This document shows, one piece after another, positions 34,206 through 44,912 of a stretch of DNA of 56,546 nt. Made by a program: the position numbers and the translations under genes. The notes below the pieces were generated by a model. It saw nothing but the letters and a program-made list of their open reading frames with translations, ran no database searches and had not been told where the DNA came from. Numbering within the stretch: position 1 is the stretch's first letter; every line of letters starts with the position of its first letter. This stretch comes from a virus (Duplodnaviria; Caudoviricetes): the IMG/VR virus record IMGVR_UViG_3300025030_000128, positions 1-56,546 of that record; one strand, 5' to 3'.

Positions 34206-34233
34206 GGGCGGGGGTGAAAGCCCCCGCCTTTTT
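34206..34233 (+). terminator. Intrinsic terminator after the head genes
   Basis: GGCGGGGGT-GAAA-GCCCCCGCC-TTTTT. Confidence 0.8.
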
Positions 34234-34248
34234 CCAAGGAGATCCCGA

Positions 34249-34593
34249 ATGGCCCCCAATTATCTGCGGAAAATCGGCACGAACGAATGCTTCGCATACA
34301 GCCCCTTTCTTGAGGCTCGCGGAGACATGACTGAGTGGATCGGACCGCTGCCGTGGGAGAATAAAGCTTCGGTCGTCGTACCGGTGGCTGCCATTGCCAT
34401 TCCGGTTATTGAAGGGCCCGTAGTTATTCCTACCCGCGAGCCCATCGAAGAACTGGTTGGCAACAACATCGTTGAAGCGCCTGCCGAGGTTGTCAGGGCC
34501 CCTGAAGAGGTCAACCCCCTGGCCTGCACCATCTGTGGTTTCGTCGCCAAGAATGCCAGTGGCGTTCGCATGCACATGAAAAAACACGCTTAA
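34249..34593 (+). CDS. Hypothetical protein with C-terminal C2H2-like finger
   Basis: CTICGFVAKNASGVRMHMKKH. Confidence 0.65.
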   Translation: MAPNYLRKIGTNECFAYSPFLEARGDMTEWIGPLPWENKASVVVPVAAIAIPVIEGPVVIPTREPIEELVGNNIVEAPAEVVRAPEEVNPLACTICGFVAKNASGVRMHMKKHA

Positions 34594-34605
34594 TCGGAGC
34601 CCGCC

Positions 34606-35208
34606 ATGACTCTTGACCAGCTACTCACCACCATCCTGCCGCGCTTCGGAGTCGAGCCGCCTATTCTCGCCTTCATCGATGCGGCGAACGCTGTTCAAGA
34701 TGTCATTGCCCAGAGACTCTGGTTGGAGAAGTCCGACCTGTTGCGAACCACTCTGTCGGGCACACTGGCAATTGACGCCAGTACTTACGCGCTGGCATCC
34801 GGCACGTTGGGCCTGGCGGAGTGGCCCTGGATCACCAATACCGAAATCACCCCGGGCCGCCGGGTCCGGCCGCTTGATCCGGAAGACCGCTACCTCTACA
34901 CCGACTCCGGGCATCCCAAGTTCTTTCAGCAGCGCGGGCTGACGCTAACCTTCTACCCGCCCGCCCTGATCGAAACCACCATCAAGGCGGAAGTCTACAC
35001 CCGTCCGGCCGCCTTCACCCTTATTGCCAACACGATCCCCTGGGACGGACTGTTCGATCAGGTGTTTGTTGAGGCCGTTCCCCGCTTCACCCTCTCCGGA
35101 GGGATGATCACCATCACCCAGGAACTCGAATCTTTCATCGTGCAACGTGTCGATATGCTGGTGGATCACCGGCCCGCCAAAGACATTCACTGGCACTACC
35201 CCGCCTGA
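34606..35208 (+). CDS. Head-tail adaptor-like protein
   Basis: Y.L..G, G.PKFF and L.FYPP pattern typical of podovirus adaptors. Confidence 0.6.
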   Translation: MTLDQLLTTILPRFGVEPPILAFIDAANAVQDVIAQRLWLEKSDLLRTTLSGTLAIDASTYALASGTLGLAEWPWITNTEITPGRRVRPLDPEDRYLYTDSGHPKFFQQRGLTLTFYPPALIETTIKAEVYTRPAAFTLIANTIPWDGLFDQVFVEAVPRFTLSGGMITITQELESFIVQRVDMLVDHRPAKDIHWHYPA

Positions 35209-35222
35209 TCTGGAGAGAGACC

Positions 35223-35525
35223 ATGCAATCAGAAGTCATTGTCGCGCAAATTGTAGGCGGGATCATTGTGGTTGAGGCGATCAAGTACTTGGCTGTCAAG
35301 TATATCAAGAAGGCGGACGCGGACTACAAGACGGTTGAGGACTGCGCCCGCTGTCGCAAAGAATGCCAAGAGGTTCGCGATCGACAAGGCAAAGAAGACC
35401 GCCGTGTGCGAACCGAGAGCGATAATGACATCGACCGGGCATTGTCGGAGATTCGCGGAATCCTGTTGGTCGTCGCTTTGAAAAGTGGTGTTCCCCCGGA
35501 GGAACTGAGAGATCTCACGCGATGA
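35223..35525 (+). CDS. Holin-like membrane protein
   Basis: N-terminal transmembrane segment; upstream of the endolysin. Confidence 0.5.
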   Translation: MQSEVIVAQIVGGIIVVEAIKYLAVKYIKKADADYKTVEDCARCRKECQEVRDRQGKEDRRVRTESDNDIDRALSEIRGILLVVALKSGVPPEELRDLTR

Positions 35526-35682
35526 CGTGCCACTGCAATAAGTTCAACAAGCCCCGCTGCTGCGTCAAAGACTGTCTGGGCAAAGTGACGGTCGAGCGCG
35601 GCTCCAACGGCTGCTACCCATGCCACTGCTACGACGGCCACGAGCGCTGCATCCAGAATGGACAACTGAGAGGAGACCGCCG

Positions 35683-36111
35683 ATGAACATCAAGATTATT
35701 CGGAGCGCACACAGCGACCAGGGAACCCGGGGGATCCTCGTGACCCCCAACGGAGAGTTCTGTAAAACCTTCGAACTACCCTGGCGCGACAACCTTCCGA
35801 AGCTCTCTTGCATCCCCTGCGGAACTTACGACGTCAAAGCCCGCTACTCACCGAAGTTTGGCACCTGTTACGAGGTGCAGGGTGTACCTGGGAGAAAATA
35901 CATTCTGATTCACTCGGGAAACCTCGCAGGAGACACCACAAAGGGCTATCGGTCGCACGTTGAGGGCTGCATATTGCTCGGCAAGTATCACGGCCAATTA
36001 TGCCAGCAGGACGCCGTGCTGTACTCGGGTCTGATCGTGCGGGAGTTCTTCGAGATGATGGGCGGGAAACCTTTTCGACTGACTGTGGAGGACGCAACAT
36101 GTGGCAATTAA
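35683..36111 (+). CDS. Endolysin candidate (DUF5675-like)
   Basis: T.ELPWRDN...SCIP.G.Y, VPGR.YILIHSGN and EGCILLG motifs. Confidence 0.8.
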   Translation: MNIKIIRSAHSDQGTRGILVTPNGEFCKTFELPWRDNLPKLSCIPCGTYDVKARYSPKFGTCYEVQGVPGRKYILIHSGNLAGDTTKGYRSHVEGCILLGKYHGQLCQQDAVLYSGLIVREFFEMMGGKPFRLTVEDATCGN

Positions 36112-36608
36112 TTTTAGGCCCGCTTCTTGGGACCATCGGTGGCATTGCAACGAAGTGGATGGAAGGCAAAGAGAAAAAAGCCGACCGTGCGCATGAGCTT
36201 GCCGTCATGGACAAAGAGGCGGAGCTGGCTGATCGTCGCCTGAAGATGGAAGGGGAGTTGAAACGGGAAGAAATGGACGCCGCCTCCTTTTCTGCAAGCT
36301 ACCAGTTCAATAACGACAATCTGACCCCGGAGCATGTGAAGTTGTCGAAGGGGCAGTTGTGGCTGGCGATCTTCGTCGATGCCCTGAACCGGCTGATCCG
36401 CCCGCTGATGACGGTTTGGTATCAGTTCGCCCTGGCCGGCTGCTTTATCTGGGCGGCCCTTCTTTTGCAGCGTCTCGGAGTTGGCGCACTCGACGTTAAA
36501 GAAGCACAAGGGATGATGCACGAAATCGTCTATAGCGTCATTGGAACGGCGGAAACGATTTTGCTCTGGTGGTTTGGTATCCGCGGGACCAGCAAGCGCG
36601 GCAAGTGA
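36099..36608 (+). CDS. Holin-like multi-TM lysis protein
   Basis: Hydrophobic N-terminus, coiled coil, IRPLMT and WWFG.R motifs. Confidence 0.65.
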   Translation: MWQLILGPLLGTIGGIATKWMEGKEKKADRAHELAVMDKEAELADRRLKMEGELKREEMDAASFSASYQFNNDNLTPEHVKLSKGQLWLAIFVDALNRLIRPLMTVWYQFALAGCFIWAALLLQRLGVGALDVKEAQGMMHEIVYSVIGTAETILLWWFGIRGTSKRGK

Positions 36609-36654
36609 GCCCGCCTAATTACCCTTCAGAAGCCTAAGTAAGGAGCACGGCCAG

Positions 36655-38925
36655 ATGGAGAGACGGACACACATCGAGACGGGAGCCATTCCGGCCATTG
36701 CCGCTAGTACTGAGGTCGCGGTCTATACCGACTCCGGGCTGACGGTGCTGGCGACGCTGTACGCCGACGACGAAGTAACGCCGGTTGCCAACCCGGTCAT
36801 TGTCGACGCCAATGGGGAGTTTCATTATCGGGCGGCGGACGGGATTTATTGGGAGAAGATCGGCACGGAAGCGGCGGCGGAATTGATCATGCGGTCGTAT
36901 GTTGCCCCTCTTGCCGCCACCGACAAGCTCGAAGTCCGCCTCGCCGGTCAAGCCGCCCGCCTTAACGGTCTGCGTACCGACGCTGGGGCCTCACTGGCTA
37001 ACCCCTTCACCGTCGCGCAGGCAGGTGGGGTCAATTCATGGGCGGTGCGGGTGCCGACCAAGCGGCAGGTTGATCTTTATCACCAGGAGGGCGCCGCCAT
37101 CATCGACAGCCCCCGCCTGATTCGACCCGCCGTCGATCATTTCAGCGCCGATCTCACCGGCACCGTGCCGGAATCCTACATGTACGACGTGCGAGTCTTC
37201 GCCGAGATCACCGACCCTGGCACGGTCGAAGTACAGCCTAACGGCACCATCGAGGTGACATTCGGCGAGGCAGTCAGCGGCGTCACCTGCGGCGGCAACG
37301 GCACCGGCACACTGGAGGCCACCGACGGCACCAGCTATGCCCCCTCGGTCAGCGGCTCAGGCGCTGTCTATACCCTGGCCGCTCCGGTGGCCGGATGGAT
37401 TGAGGGCGCGGTGGTGACGATCACCATCAAGCCGACCATCGCCGCCGTGGCCGATTCCGCGCAGCTCTATGACGGCCTCGGGTTTTTGCTCGATGTTGCC
37501 ACCCTTGCCCCCGATGTGCAGGCCCCGGTTGTGACCGGCTTTGTCATCGAAGCGACCAGCGCCGACGCCACTATCGCCATCACCACTTTGACCGCCACCG
37601 ACGACCGCGCCGTGACCGCCTATCAGGTCAACACCAGCGCCACCCCGCCGGGAGCCGGTGCCGGGACCTGGCAGAGCGCATCGGCGTGGATCTCGGCAGG
37701 GTATCCGTCAGGGTTGACCGCTGGCCAGTCGCAGACCATTACCCTCTATGCCTGGGCCAAGGATGCCGCCGGCAACGTCAGCGCGGCACTATCCGATAGC
37801 TGTGACGTGGCGATCCCCGCCTATGTCGCCAGTTTCTCGGCCCAGCCGACCCTGACCGCCGCGCTCTATGACGGCGGCGCTTTCGGATTTACCGTCGCAG
37901 ATTCCGGTTCGCGTAATGTCGATATTGAGGCATGGACCGGCGCGGCCTGGGTGGCCAAGCTCTCCAATGTCGCCGCCGGAGCCAAGAGCGTCACCATCGA
38001 CGGCCTCACCGCTGGCAGCAAGGCGGGGCTCAAGTTCCGCGTCAGCCCGACCGGACTGGCCGAGTGGGTCGAATCTAATGCCATCGCCACCTTCAGCACC
38101 GTCGCCCCGACCCTGACCAGCGTCACCCCCGGCGACACCACCAATACCCTCGTTTTCGCCGACCATGCCAACGACACGGCGGACTCGTTCAACATCAAGT
38201 GGGGCACGGCCTCTGGTGCTCTCAGTAACACAATTACCGGCGTCACCAGCCCTTATACCCACACGGGCCGCACCAACGGGGTTGAATACTTCTACGCGAT
38301 GGTGGCCGTCGTGGGCGGGATTGAATCGACGCCGAGCAGCGAGTTGAGCGGGACGCCTGCCCCGTCGGTGACTTATGCCACATTCGACCCGGCAAAAAAA
38401 GGCGCCGGAGTTACCCTCAGTAACGGCAATCTTCGCGCGGTCGTTTCAACGAATAACTGGTATTCGGCTCTATTGAATGTAGGAAAAACCACAGGCAAGC
38501 GGGTTTTTGCGGTCACTCTAGTTAGTGCGACCAGCAGCCTCGATTGGATGATCGGGATGGGCAAGAGCACGACGCTTTTATCGTCGTATCTGGGCGCAAA
38601 TAGTGTCTCTATCAGTTGCCGCCCGGCGGAAGGCAAACAATACTTCAATGGAGCGTCTGGTGGCGTCATTTGGCCGGTAAACACTGGAACAGCCGGAATT
38701 ACTTTTGGTGTCTGTATTGACTTTGATGCTCGAACCATGTCAATCATTGGCTCCGATGGTGTGCACGATACTACCGCGTCGTCGGCTATCGATGGTACGG
38801 AAGCGCTGTTTGGCGGGATTGGCATTATCGCGCAGACGGGCTCTTGCACTATAGATATTAACTGCGGTCAGTCGGCAGCGCCTTTTGATATTCCGGCGGG
38901 CTACACTTGGGGGATTGAAGCGTGA
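36655..38925 (+). CDS. Tail fibre/spike-like protein with Ig/FN3 repeats and C-terminal SPRY-like domain
   Basis: Attachment-domain-like N-terminus (ATLYAD..NPV..DANGEF), YAWAKDAAGNVS, FN3-like segment and LSNGNL...TGK..F SPRY-like end. Confidence 0.7.
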   Translation: MERRTHIETGAIPAIAASTEVAVYTDSGLTVLATLYADDEVTPVANPVIVDANGEFHYRAADGIYWEKIGTEAAAELIMRSYVAPLAATDKLEVRLAGQAARLNGLRTDAGASLANPFTVAQAGGVNSWAVRVPTKRQVDLYHQEGAAIIDSPRLIRPAVDHFSADLTGTVPESYMYDVRVFAEITDPGTVEVQPNGTIEVTFGEAVSGVTCGGNGTGTLEATDGTSYAPSVSGSGAVYTLAAPVAGWIEGAVVTITIKPTIAAVADSAQLYDGLGFLLDVATLAPDVQAPVVTGFVIEATSADATIAITTLTATDDRAVTAYQVNTSATPPGAGAGTWQSASAWISAGYPSGLTAGQSQTITLYAWAKDAAGNVSAALSDSCDVAIPAYVASFSAQPTLTAALYDGGAFGFTVADSGSRNVDIEAWTGAAWVAKLSNVAAGAKSVTIDGLTAGSKAGLKFRVSPTGLAEWVESNAIATFSTVAPTLTSVTPGDTTNTLVFADHANDTADSFNIKWGTASGALSNTITGVTSPYTHTGRTNGVEYFYAMVAVVGGIESTPSSELSGTPAPSVTYATFDPAKKGAGVTLSNGNLRAVVSTNNWYSALLNVGKTTGKRVFAVTLVSATSSLDWMIGMGKSTTLLSSYLGANSVSISCRPAEGKQYFNGASGGVIWPVNTGTAGITFGVCIDFDARTMSIIGSDGVHDTTASSAIDGTEALFGGIGIIAQTGSCTIDINCGQSAAPFDIPAGYTWGIEA

Positions 38926-39773
38926 GACGTTTAATAGCCGCCGTGGCGCTGGTGATGGTTACGGCTTTGGAAGGATTTGCGATGGATCAGGCGGTCAATG
39001 TCATCTGTGTCGGCGACTCAATCACCTACGGGTCGTATATTGATCAGGGCGGACTGCCTTACCCCAATCAACTGCTGACGCTGTTAGGCGCTGGCAACAC
39101 GGTTGTCAACCGGGGGCATCCAGCCTGGACGCTGGCGCAATTGGTTGCGAATTTTTCTACTGATGTCACCGTGGCTCTTTCCTCGACCAAAGAAAATGTC
39201 GTCATCCTTTTTGCCGGCACCAATGACCTCTATTTTTCTGCAGACCTACAATCAAACCCGCAACCGATAATTGACGACATGGTTGAATATATTGGCCTCG
39301 CTCACGGCGTCGGATCAAAAATCCTCATTGCTACCATGATTCAGCGGGGGAGTGTCGGGGCGGGAAGCATGGCCGGATATTGGTCGGCACGAGAAACCAT
39401 CAACTCTGCCATTATGTCTGATGCTGTGGATGTCTGGGGCGCCGATGGTATCTGTAATTTTGCCGGGACCGCCAGCCAATTTGAAACTCAATTTACGGGA
39501 AATGGACCGTCGGGATGGTACACCGACACTGCGCACCTTACCGGCGCCGCGTTGGCCTATCCGACGGCGGAAGCTTATGCCAAAACGCAGCTGCTCTATC
39601 CAGACGCGCCCACTTACACTAACTGGCTCGGTTATGCCCTCGATCCTGCCGGTACCGGGCCACAGGTCGGAAACCACGGGCGGCATGTGTTGGTCCTATC
39701 CAACGACCCGGCCGCCAGCTCGGTGCGGGTGGTGCGAGGTGGGGTGAGATATCGGCTGAGAAGGGCGGAGTGA
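38922..39773 (+). CDS. SGNH/GDSL hydrolase in the tail cluster
   Basis: VGDSITYG, NRGHPA, AGTND and DTAH blocks; signal-peptide-like N-terminus. Confidence 0.75.
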   Translation: MRRLIAAVALVMVTALEGFAMDQAVNVICVGDSITYGSYIDQGGLPYPNQLLTLLGAGNTVVNRGHPAWTLAQLVANFSTDVTVALSSTKENVVILFAGTNDLYFSADLQSNPQPIIDDMVEYIGLAHGVGSKILIATMIQRGSVGAGSMAGYWSARETINSAIMSDAVDVWGADGICNFAGTASQFETQFTGNGPSGWYTDTAHLTGAALAYPTAEAYAKTQLLYPDAPTYTNWLGYALDPAGTGPQVGNHGRHVLVLSNDPAASSVRVVRGGVRYRLRRAE

Positions 39774-39895
39774 TGCCACTACAGGAGGTAGCAGCGTGAT
39801 TACAATCTCAGGCGGAGGTAGCGGTAGCACAGAGCAACCGGCAAAACCAACCGGCGGTACTTACGGAAAACCTGGTACTCCAACTGGAGGCAGTT

Positions 39896-40777
39896 ATGGG
39901 TAAGATCTACATTGACATCCCCGCCGTTGCGCCCTACAAAGTGGCGGTTAAGACAGCGGCGACTGCCTACGCTGCACAGACGGAAATCTTCTATGATCTC
40001 TATTCCGGGCTGACACAGGCCGGAGGCAAGGTTGAGATCGACGATGCCGACATTTCCTCGTTGCTCTGGAGCTTCGTCTATTTCGAAGACGCCTATGGAC
40101 TCAGGGGGGAAGCGCTGATCATCCCGCCATCAGCCGTTGGTGGCGCCACCATCCTCGCCAAGAGCATCGTCGAGCGGGCGGGAATTATTCTCTCCGATGA
40201 ACCTGCGGTTGGCTGGACCAAGGCGAGCCTTTTGGACGACCTCAACGATGGCCAGCTGGAGCTGGCTACGCGGGTCTACGGCGCTTCGGTGGACACTTAT
40301 CTGCATACCCTGGTTCCGGGCCCCAATCAGGAGCTTCCTACCGGGTCGTTGCGGCTGCTGCGCCCGATCCGCAACATGGGCGCCAACGGCTCGACCCCTG
40401 GCCGCGCTATCGAACTCAAGCCTTTGGGGATCATGGACCGCCTCTATCCCCAGTGGACGTCATTGCCAGGGTCGGGAGAGGTTTTGGCTATCCTTTACAA
40501 TCCTCAAAATCCTTTGCTGTTCCAGACCTACCCGTCACAGCCTGCCTCGCCGCACCGTGTTGAGTTGGAGCGGTCGATTGTGCCGACTCCTTGCACGATG
40601 AATGGCGTTAATGGCTCTTCGGTGGATTCGGTGATTTCGGTCTCGGACGCCTGGACGGAAACGCTTTTGGCTTTTGTTCTCGGTCGGGCCTTCGGGAGAG
40701 AAACGACAGAGGCGAGCGCCGGTAAGAGCGCCGCCTGGATGGGACGATTCGACGCTGCAACCACGACAGGAGGCTAG
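39896..40777 (+). CDS. Head-tail adaptor / tail tubular A-like protein with N-terminal extension
   Basis: W....LL..LNDGQ, Q.LP.GSLRLL..IRN and P..F..YP motifs. Confidence 0.7.
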   Translation: MGKIYIDIPAVAPYKVAVKTAATAYAAQTEIFYDLYSGLTQAGGKVEIDDADISSLLWSFVYFEDAYGLRGEALIIPPSAVGGATILAKSIVERAGIILSDEPAVGWTKASLLDDLNDGQLELATRVYGASVDTYLHTLVPGPNQELPTGSLRLLRPIRNMGANGSTPGRAIELKPLGIMDRLYPQWTSLPGSGEVLAILYNPQNPLLFQTYPSQPASPHRVELERSIVPTPCTMNGVNGSSVDSVISVSDAWTETLLAFVLGRAFGRETTEASAGKSAAWMGRFDAATTTGG

Positions 40778-40778
40778 A

Positions 40779-43115
40779 GTGCTGATTGCTCGCATCGACA
40801 AATTCCAGGGCCAGGCGCCCGGGATCGCCCCGCAACTGCTGCCGCCAAACGTGGCCCAGTCGAGCATCAATGTCGTGCGGGAGAATGGCAATCTGCGCCC
40901 GCTCAAATCTCCGGTCACGGTCAATACCCCGACTAAAGCCGGGACCAAGAAAAGCATCTATCTCTTCGCCAACCTCTACTGGTTTCATTGGACCGAAGAA
41001 GTCGACGTCGTCAAAGCCCCGATTCCTTTCGATACCCAGGAGCGTACCATCTTCACCGGGGTCAACGAGCCCAAGGTCACTGATGCTTCGATCGCTCTGG
41101 TTGGCGGCACAGATTATCCCATGGCGGCCTACAGCCTGGGGATCCCTGCTCCGACCGTGGCACCAGTGGTGAATTACACCCCGCCTACCTACATCTCCGA
41201 AACCCCGAAAGACATTACCGCAGTGAACTGGGCCGCAGGAGAAGTCACCCTGACCAGTACCGCGCATGGCATTCTCGATGGGCAGACCTTCAGTGCCGTC
41301 ATGCAGGGAACCGGGCTGACGCTTCTCGACAAGAAAACCCTGAGCCTCAGCCGCAAGACAGACGACGCACTGCTGGTTAAGGGCGTCACCACGGTTGCCA
41401 ATGGCAAGATCACCGCTATCACCAAGGCTAACCCCGCCAAAGTTACCCGGGCCGGTCACGGACTGCGTGACGGGGACGTGCTAAAATTCTCCATCTCGGC
41501 CGGTATGGTCGAGCTCCACGATTATGAAGGCGCAATCACGGTCGTCGACGCCAACAACTTCACCCTCGACGGGAAAGACACGACCGCCTACACAACTTTT
41601 ACCGCGGGAACCTATGAACTGAAAACCCGGGCCACGGTTTATGCCCCAGTTAACATTGTTTCCATCTCGAAGACACGGCCGACCAGTGTTGCTGCCGTCG
41701 ATCATGGTCTGGTCACCGGGGAACGGGTTTCGCTGTCGGTGGTTGGGATGACGCAGTTGGATGGTTGGACCGGGCAGGTCGTCAAAGGAACGGCGGGTGT
41801 GTTTTCGTTGCGGGATCTCGAAGGAGTAATGGTCGACTCGACCCTCTACGACACCTTCGTCTCGGGAACATTCACTCATCTGTGCCGGCTGGAACCGACG
41901 GCCGTTGCCGTGGATGCTCAAATTGAAACCACCGTCTATGTCGAAACCTTTCTCCGGCGCTGGAGCGGGATTGATGAAGAAGGCCCCCCAGGCCCGCCCT
42001 CGGCCAGCGTCGATATCAACTTCACGTCTGGCGAGTCGGTTGCCCTGACCGGGCTGAACGCGGCCCCTGATACTAAATACAACATCACCCATCGCCGTAT
42101 CTACCGGCTCAATACCGGCAGCAGCGCCACCGATTTCCAGCTCGTCACCGAACTGGCGATTGCCGTAACCGAATATGATGATGGCACGCTCTCCTCGACC
42201 CTCGACGAGGTCCTAACTTCGACCGAATACACCGCACCGCCAACCGATCTCAAAGGGATTCGGGCAATGCCCAATGGATCACTGGTCGGTTTTTCGATGT
42301 CGGCCAAGGCGATCTGTTTCTCGGTACCGTATCAGCCGCATGCTTGGCCGACCCGCTTCCGTTTGCATGTCGATTTCGAAACGGTCGGGGTCGAGGTCTT
42401 TGGCGGATCGGTCCTGGTGACCACCAAAGGTCAGCCTTACGTCGCTACCGGGGCGCAGCCGGGTTACATGACCATCGACAAGGCCGAGATTGCGCAAGCT
42501 TGTGTCAGCAGGCGTGGTATGGCCGATATGGGCGGGGTTATCGCTTATCCCTCTCCTGACGGTCTCATGCTCATAGGCTCAGGAATTGCCAAGAACATTA
42601 CGGAAAAGATCTACCGCCGGGAAGACTGGCAAGCCCTGCGCCCCAGCACCTTTCTCGCCGCCGCTCACAACGGCCGCTACTACGCCTTCTACGACACCGG
42701 CACCGCCACTGGCTGTCTCTCGATTGATATGGAAGACGGCACCATCGACGTGCACAACTACGCTGCTACTGCGGTTCACGTCGATCTTCTGAGCGACGAG
42801 CTTTATGCCCAGATCGGCAGCGTCATTCAGAAGTGGGATGCCGGCACCGCCCAGAACATCACCTGGAAAGGGCCACGCATCGATACCCCGACGAAGATCT
42901 GCCCCCGGGTTGCTCAGGTCAATGCAAAGACTTACCCTTGTACCCTGAAAGTCTATGCCGATGGCGTGCTGAAGCACACTCAGACCGTTGCCAGTGCTCT
43001 CCCGTTTCGGCTGACCGCCGGTTATCGGGCCGACAGTTTCGAAGTGGAAGTTTCAGGAACGGCGGAAGTTGAACAAGTTTCTTTGGCGGAAGCGATGGAG
43101 GACCTGGTGCAATGA
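40779..43115 (+). CDS. Tail nozzle / tubular protein B-like protein with inserted beta repeats
   Basis: F.G.APGIAP.LLP, RRIYR, FS.PY.PHAWP, ACVS.RG and YPSPDGL motifs. Confidence 0.75.
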   Translation: MLIARIDKFQGQAPGIAPQLLPPNVAQSSINVVRENGNLRPLKSPVTVNTPTKAGTKKSIYLFANLYWFHWTEEVDVVKAPIPFDTQERTIFTGVNEPKVTDASIALVGGTDYPMAAYSLGIPAPTVAPVVNYTPPTYISETPKDITAVNWAAGEVTLTSTAHGILDGQTFSAVMQGTGLTLLDKKTLSLSRKTDDALLVKGVTTVANGKITAITKANPAKVTRAGHGLRDGDVLKFSISAGMVELHDYEGAITVVDANNFTLDGKDTTAYTTFTAGTYELKTRATVYAPVNIVSISKTRPTSVAAVDHGLVTGERVSLSVVGMTQLDGWTGQVVKGTAGVFSLRDLEGVMVDSTLYDTFVSGTFTHLCRLEPTAVAVDAQIETTVYVETFLRRWSGIDEEGPPGPPSASVDINFTSGESVALTGLNAAPDTKYNITHRRIYRLNTGSSATDFQLVTELAIAVTEYDDGTLSSTLDEVLTSTEYTAPPTDLKGIRAMPNGSLVGFSMSAKAICFSVPYQPHAWPTRFRLHVDFETVGVEVFGGSVLVTTKGQPYVATGAQPGYMTIDKAEIAQACVSRRGMADMGGVIAYPSPDGLMLIGSGIAKNITEKIYRREDWQALRPSTFLAAAHNGRYYAFYDTGTATGCLSIDMEDGTIDVHNYAATAVHVDLLSDELYAQIGSVIQKWDAGTAQNITWKGPRIDTPTKICPRVAQVNAKTYPCTLKVYADGVLKHTQTVASALPFRLTAGYRADSFEVEVSGTAEVEQVSLAEAMEDLVQ

Positions 43116-44902
43116 GCGGCTTCGACTTCTCGAAGATCCGGCAGCTCTCCAATAAACCGACCGACCAGGAGTTAGTGGAGTTCTCCCGGGATATCCGCGC
43201 CGCTTTGCTGGAGCTCTACACCTTGTCGCAACAGCTTGGCGCCGTCGAGAGCAGTGTCGCCGATGCCGCTGCAACGGTTGCCGGCCTGGTGGCCGCCGCC
43301 GAAGAAGTCACCGTTATCGAATTACCGACCACTCCGACCGGACTATTGGCGACCCCGGACTTTGCCGCCATTGGTTTGTCGTGGGACATCCCTTCGTATC
43401 TGGGACATTCTTTCACACAGATCTGGCGGGCGACGACCGACGACTTCACAGCCGCCACCAAGATCGGAACGTCACAGCTCAACGTCTACAACGACGTGCT
43501 GCTCTCCACTGAGGTTCTGACGACCTATTACTACTGGGTGCAGCATGTCAATGGCTCCGGGGAAGTCAGTGCCTCCAGTACGGTCTCAGAGACGCCCAAC
43601 CCCTATTACATGGCGCCACCGACCGACCTCGTAATGGCCAGCGGCAGCGATCACCTCTACCTGACGGAAAGCGGCTCGGTTATCAGCCGGATCTTCTTGT
43701 CCTGGGCCGCTTCTCTCTCTTCGTTTGCCTCCGGGTATGAAGTCGAGTATAAGGCGCTCGGAAGCGAGGCTTGGCTGGCGCTGACGTCTACCGAAGTCAG
43801 TGCTTATCTGCAGCCGGTACAACCGGGAACCTTCTACGACATACGGGTCCGCGCCAAGAGCCCGTCGGCCAAGAGCGCCTGGCTAACCGGGACGCACATG
43901 GCTGTGGGTAAACTCGAACCTCCGCCCGCCCCTGACTACTTCCTGGTGACGACACAGGGCGACGGCACGCGCGAGTTTCGTTGGGAGCTGGCGAATCCAC
44001 CGGTCGACGTCCGGGTCGGGGGTGGCTTCAAAATCCGCTACAAATCCGGGACCGGCCACGTCTGGGCCGATATGACCGATCTGCATGGCGGGCTGCTCCT
44101 GGTTTCGCCCTACGAGGTCAATCAGTTGGGGGCGGGAGAATATACCTTCGCCCTCAAGACGGTTGATTCCACTGGCAACGAAAGCACGGACGCACTTTAC
44201 ATCGTTGCTACCATCGGCAGTCCGCGCCTCTCTGGTGTTTTGGCCGAAGTCTATCCGAGAGACTTGTCCTGGCCGGGAACCTTGACCAATTGCTACATCG
44301 AGACCAACGGGGATCTGGCGGCCGACGATCAGAAAGACTGGAGCGACTTCGACACTGACGTGGTCGATTGGGACAACTGGACCGCTTATGCACGCGACCC
44401 CTACCTGACGATTATCTACGAGCACCCAGTGATTGATGCCGGCTCGATTGCCAATATCGCTGTCGATATGTCGGTGATCACCAACGGCAGCGTGACCAAC
44501 GAAATCAGTACGAGCACAGACGATGTCACCTATGGCGCCTGGGCGGTAGCCGGCGGACTGGTCCTGGCCCGCTACATCAAAGCGAGAACAACCGTGACAA
44601 TTGGCTCAGGAGTCGCTAATATCACGGCAATTACCATCCGTTTGACCGCCGATACCATGATCGAAGACGTTGAAGACCTCGATTCGAGCCTTTTAACCCC
44701 AGAAGCGGGGGGTGGTTTCCGAATCCCCCTGACAAAAACATTCCTGATGATTCGCAAAGTCGACGTCGCCTTACAGAATGTCGGCGCCGGCTGCACCTGG
44801 GAACTGATCGACAAGTCCATTTCAGGCCCGCATATCAAAGTCTGGGACAGTACCAATACCCTGACCTACCCGCTGATCGACGCCACCATCAAAGGACTGT
44901 AA
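43112..44902 (+). CDS. Tail protein with FN3 repeats
   Basis: YYYWVQHVN, YDIRVRA and YTFALKTVDSTGNES FN3-like strands. Confidence 0.7.
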   Translation: MSGFDFSKIRQLSNKPTDQELVEFSRDIRAALLELYTLSQQLGAVESSVADAAATVAGLVAAAEEVTVIELPTTPTGLLATPDFAAIGLSWDIPSYLGHSFTQIWRATTDDFTAATKIGTSQLNVYNDVLLSTEVLTTYYYWVQHVNGSGEVSASSTVSETPNPYYMAPPTDLVMASGSDHLYLTESGSVISRIFLSWAASLSSFASGYEVEYKALGSEAWLALTSTEVSAYLQPVQPGTFYDIRVRAKSPSAKSAWLTGTHMAVGKLEPPPAPDYFLVTTQGDGTREFRWELANPPVDVRVGGGFKIRYKSGTGHVWADMTDLHGGLLLVSPYEVNQLGAGEYTFALKTVDSTGNESTDALYIVATIGSPRLSGVLAEVYPRDLSWPGTLTNCYIETNGDLAADDQKDWSDFDTDVVDWDNWTAYARDPYLTIIYEHPVIDAGSIANIAVDMSVITNGSVTNEISTSTDDVTYGAWAVAGGLVLARYIKARTTVTIGSGVANITAITIRLTADTMIEDVEDLDSSLLTPEAGGGFRIPLTKTFLMIRKVDVALQNVGAGCTWELIDKSISGPHIKVWDSTNTLTYPLIDATIKGL

Positions 44903-44912
44903 GGAGATTCCC

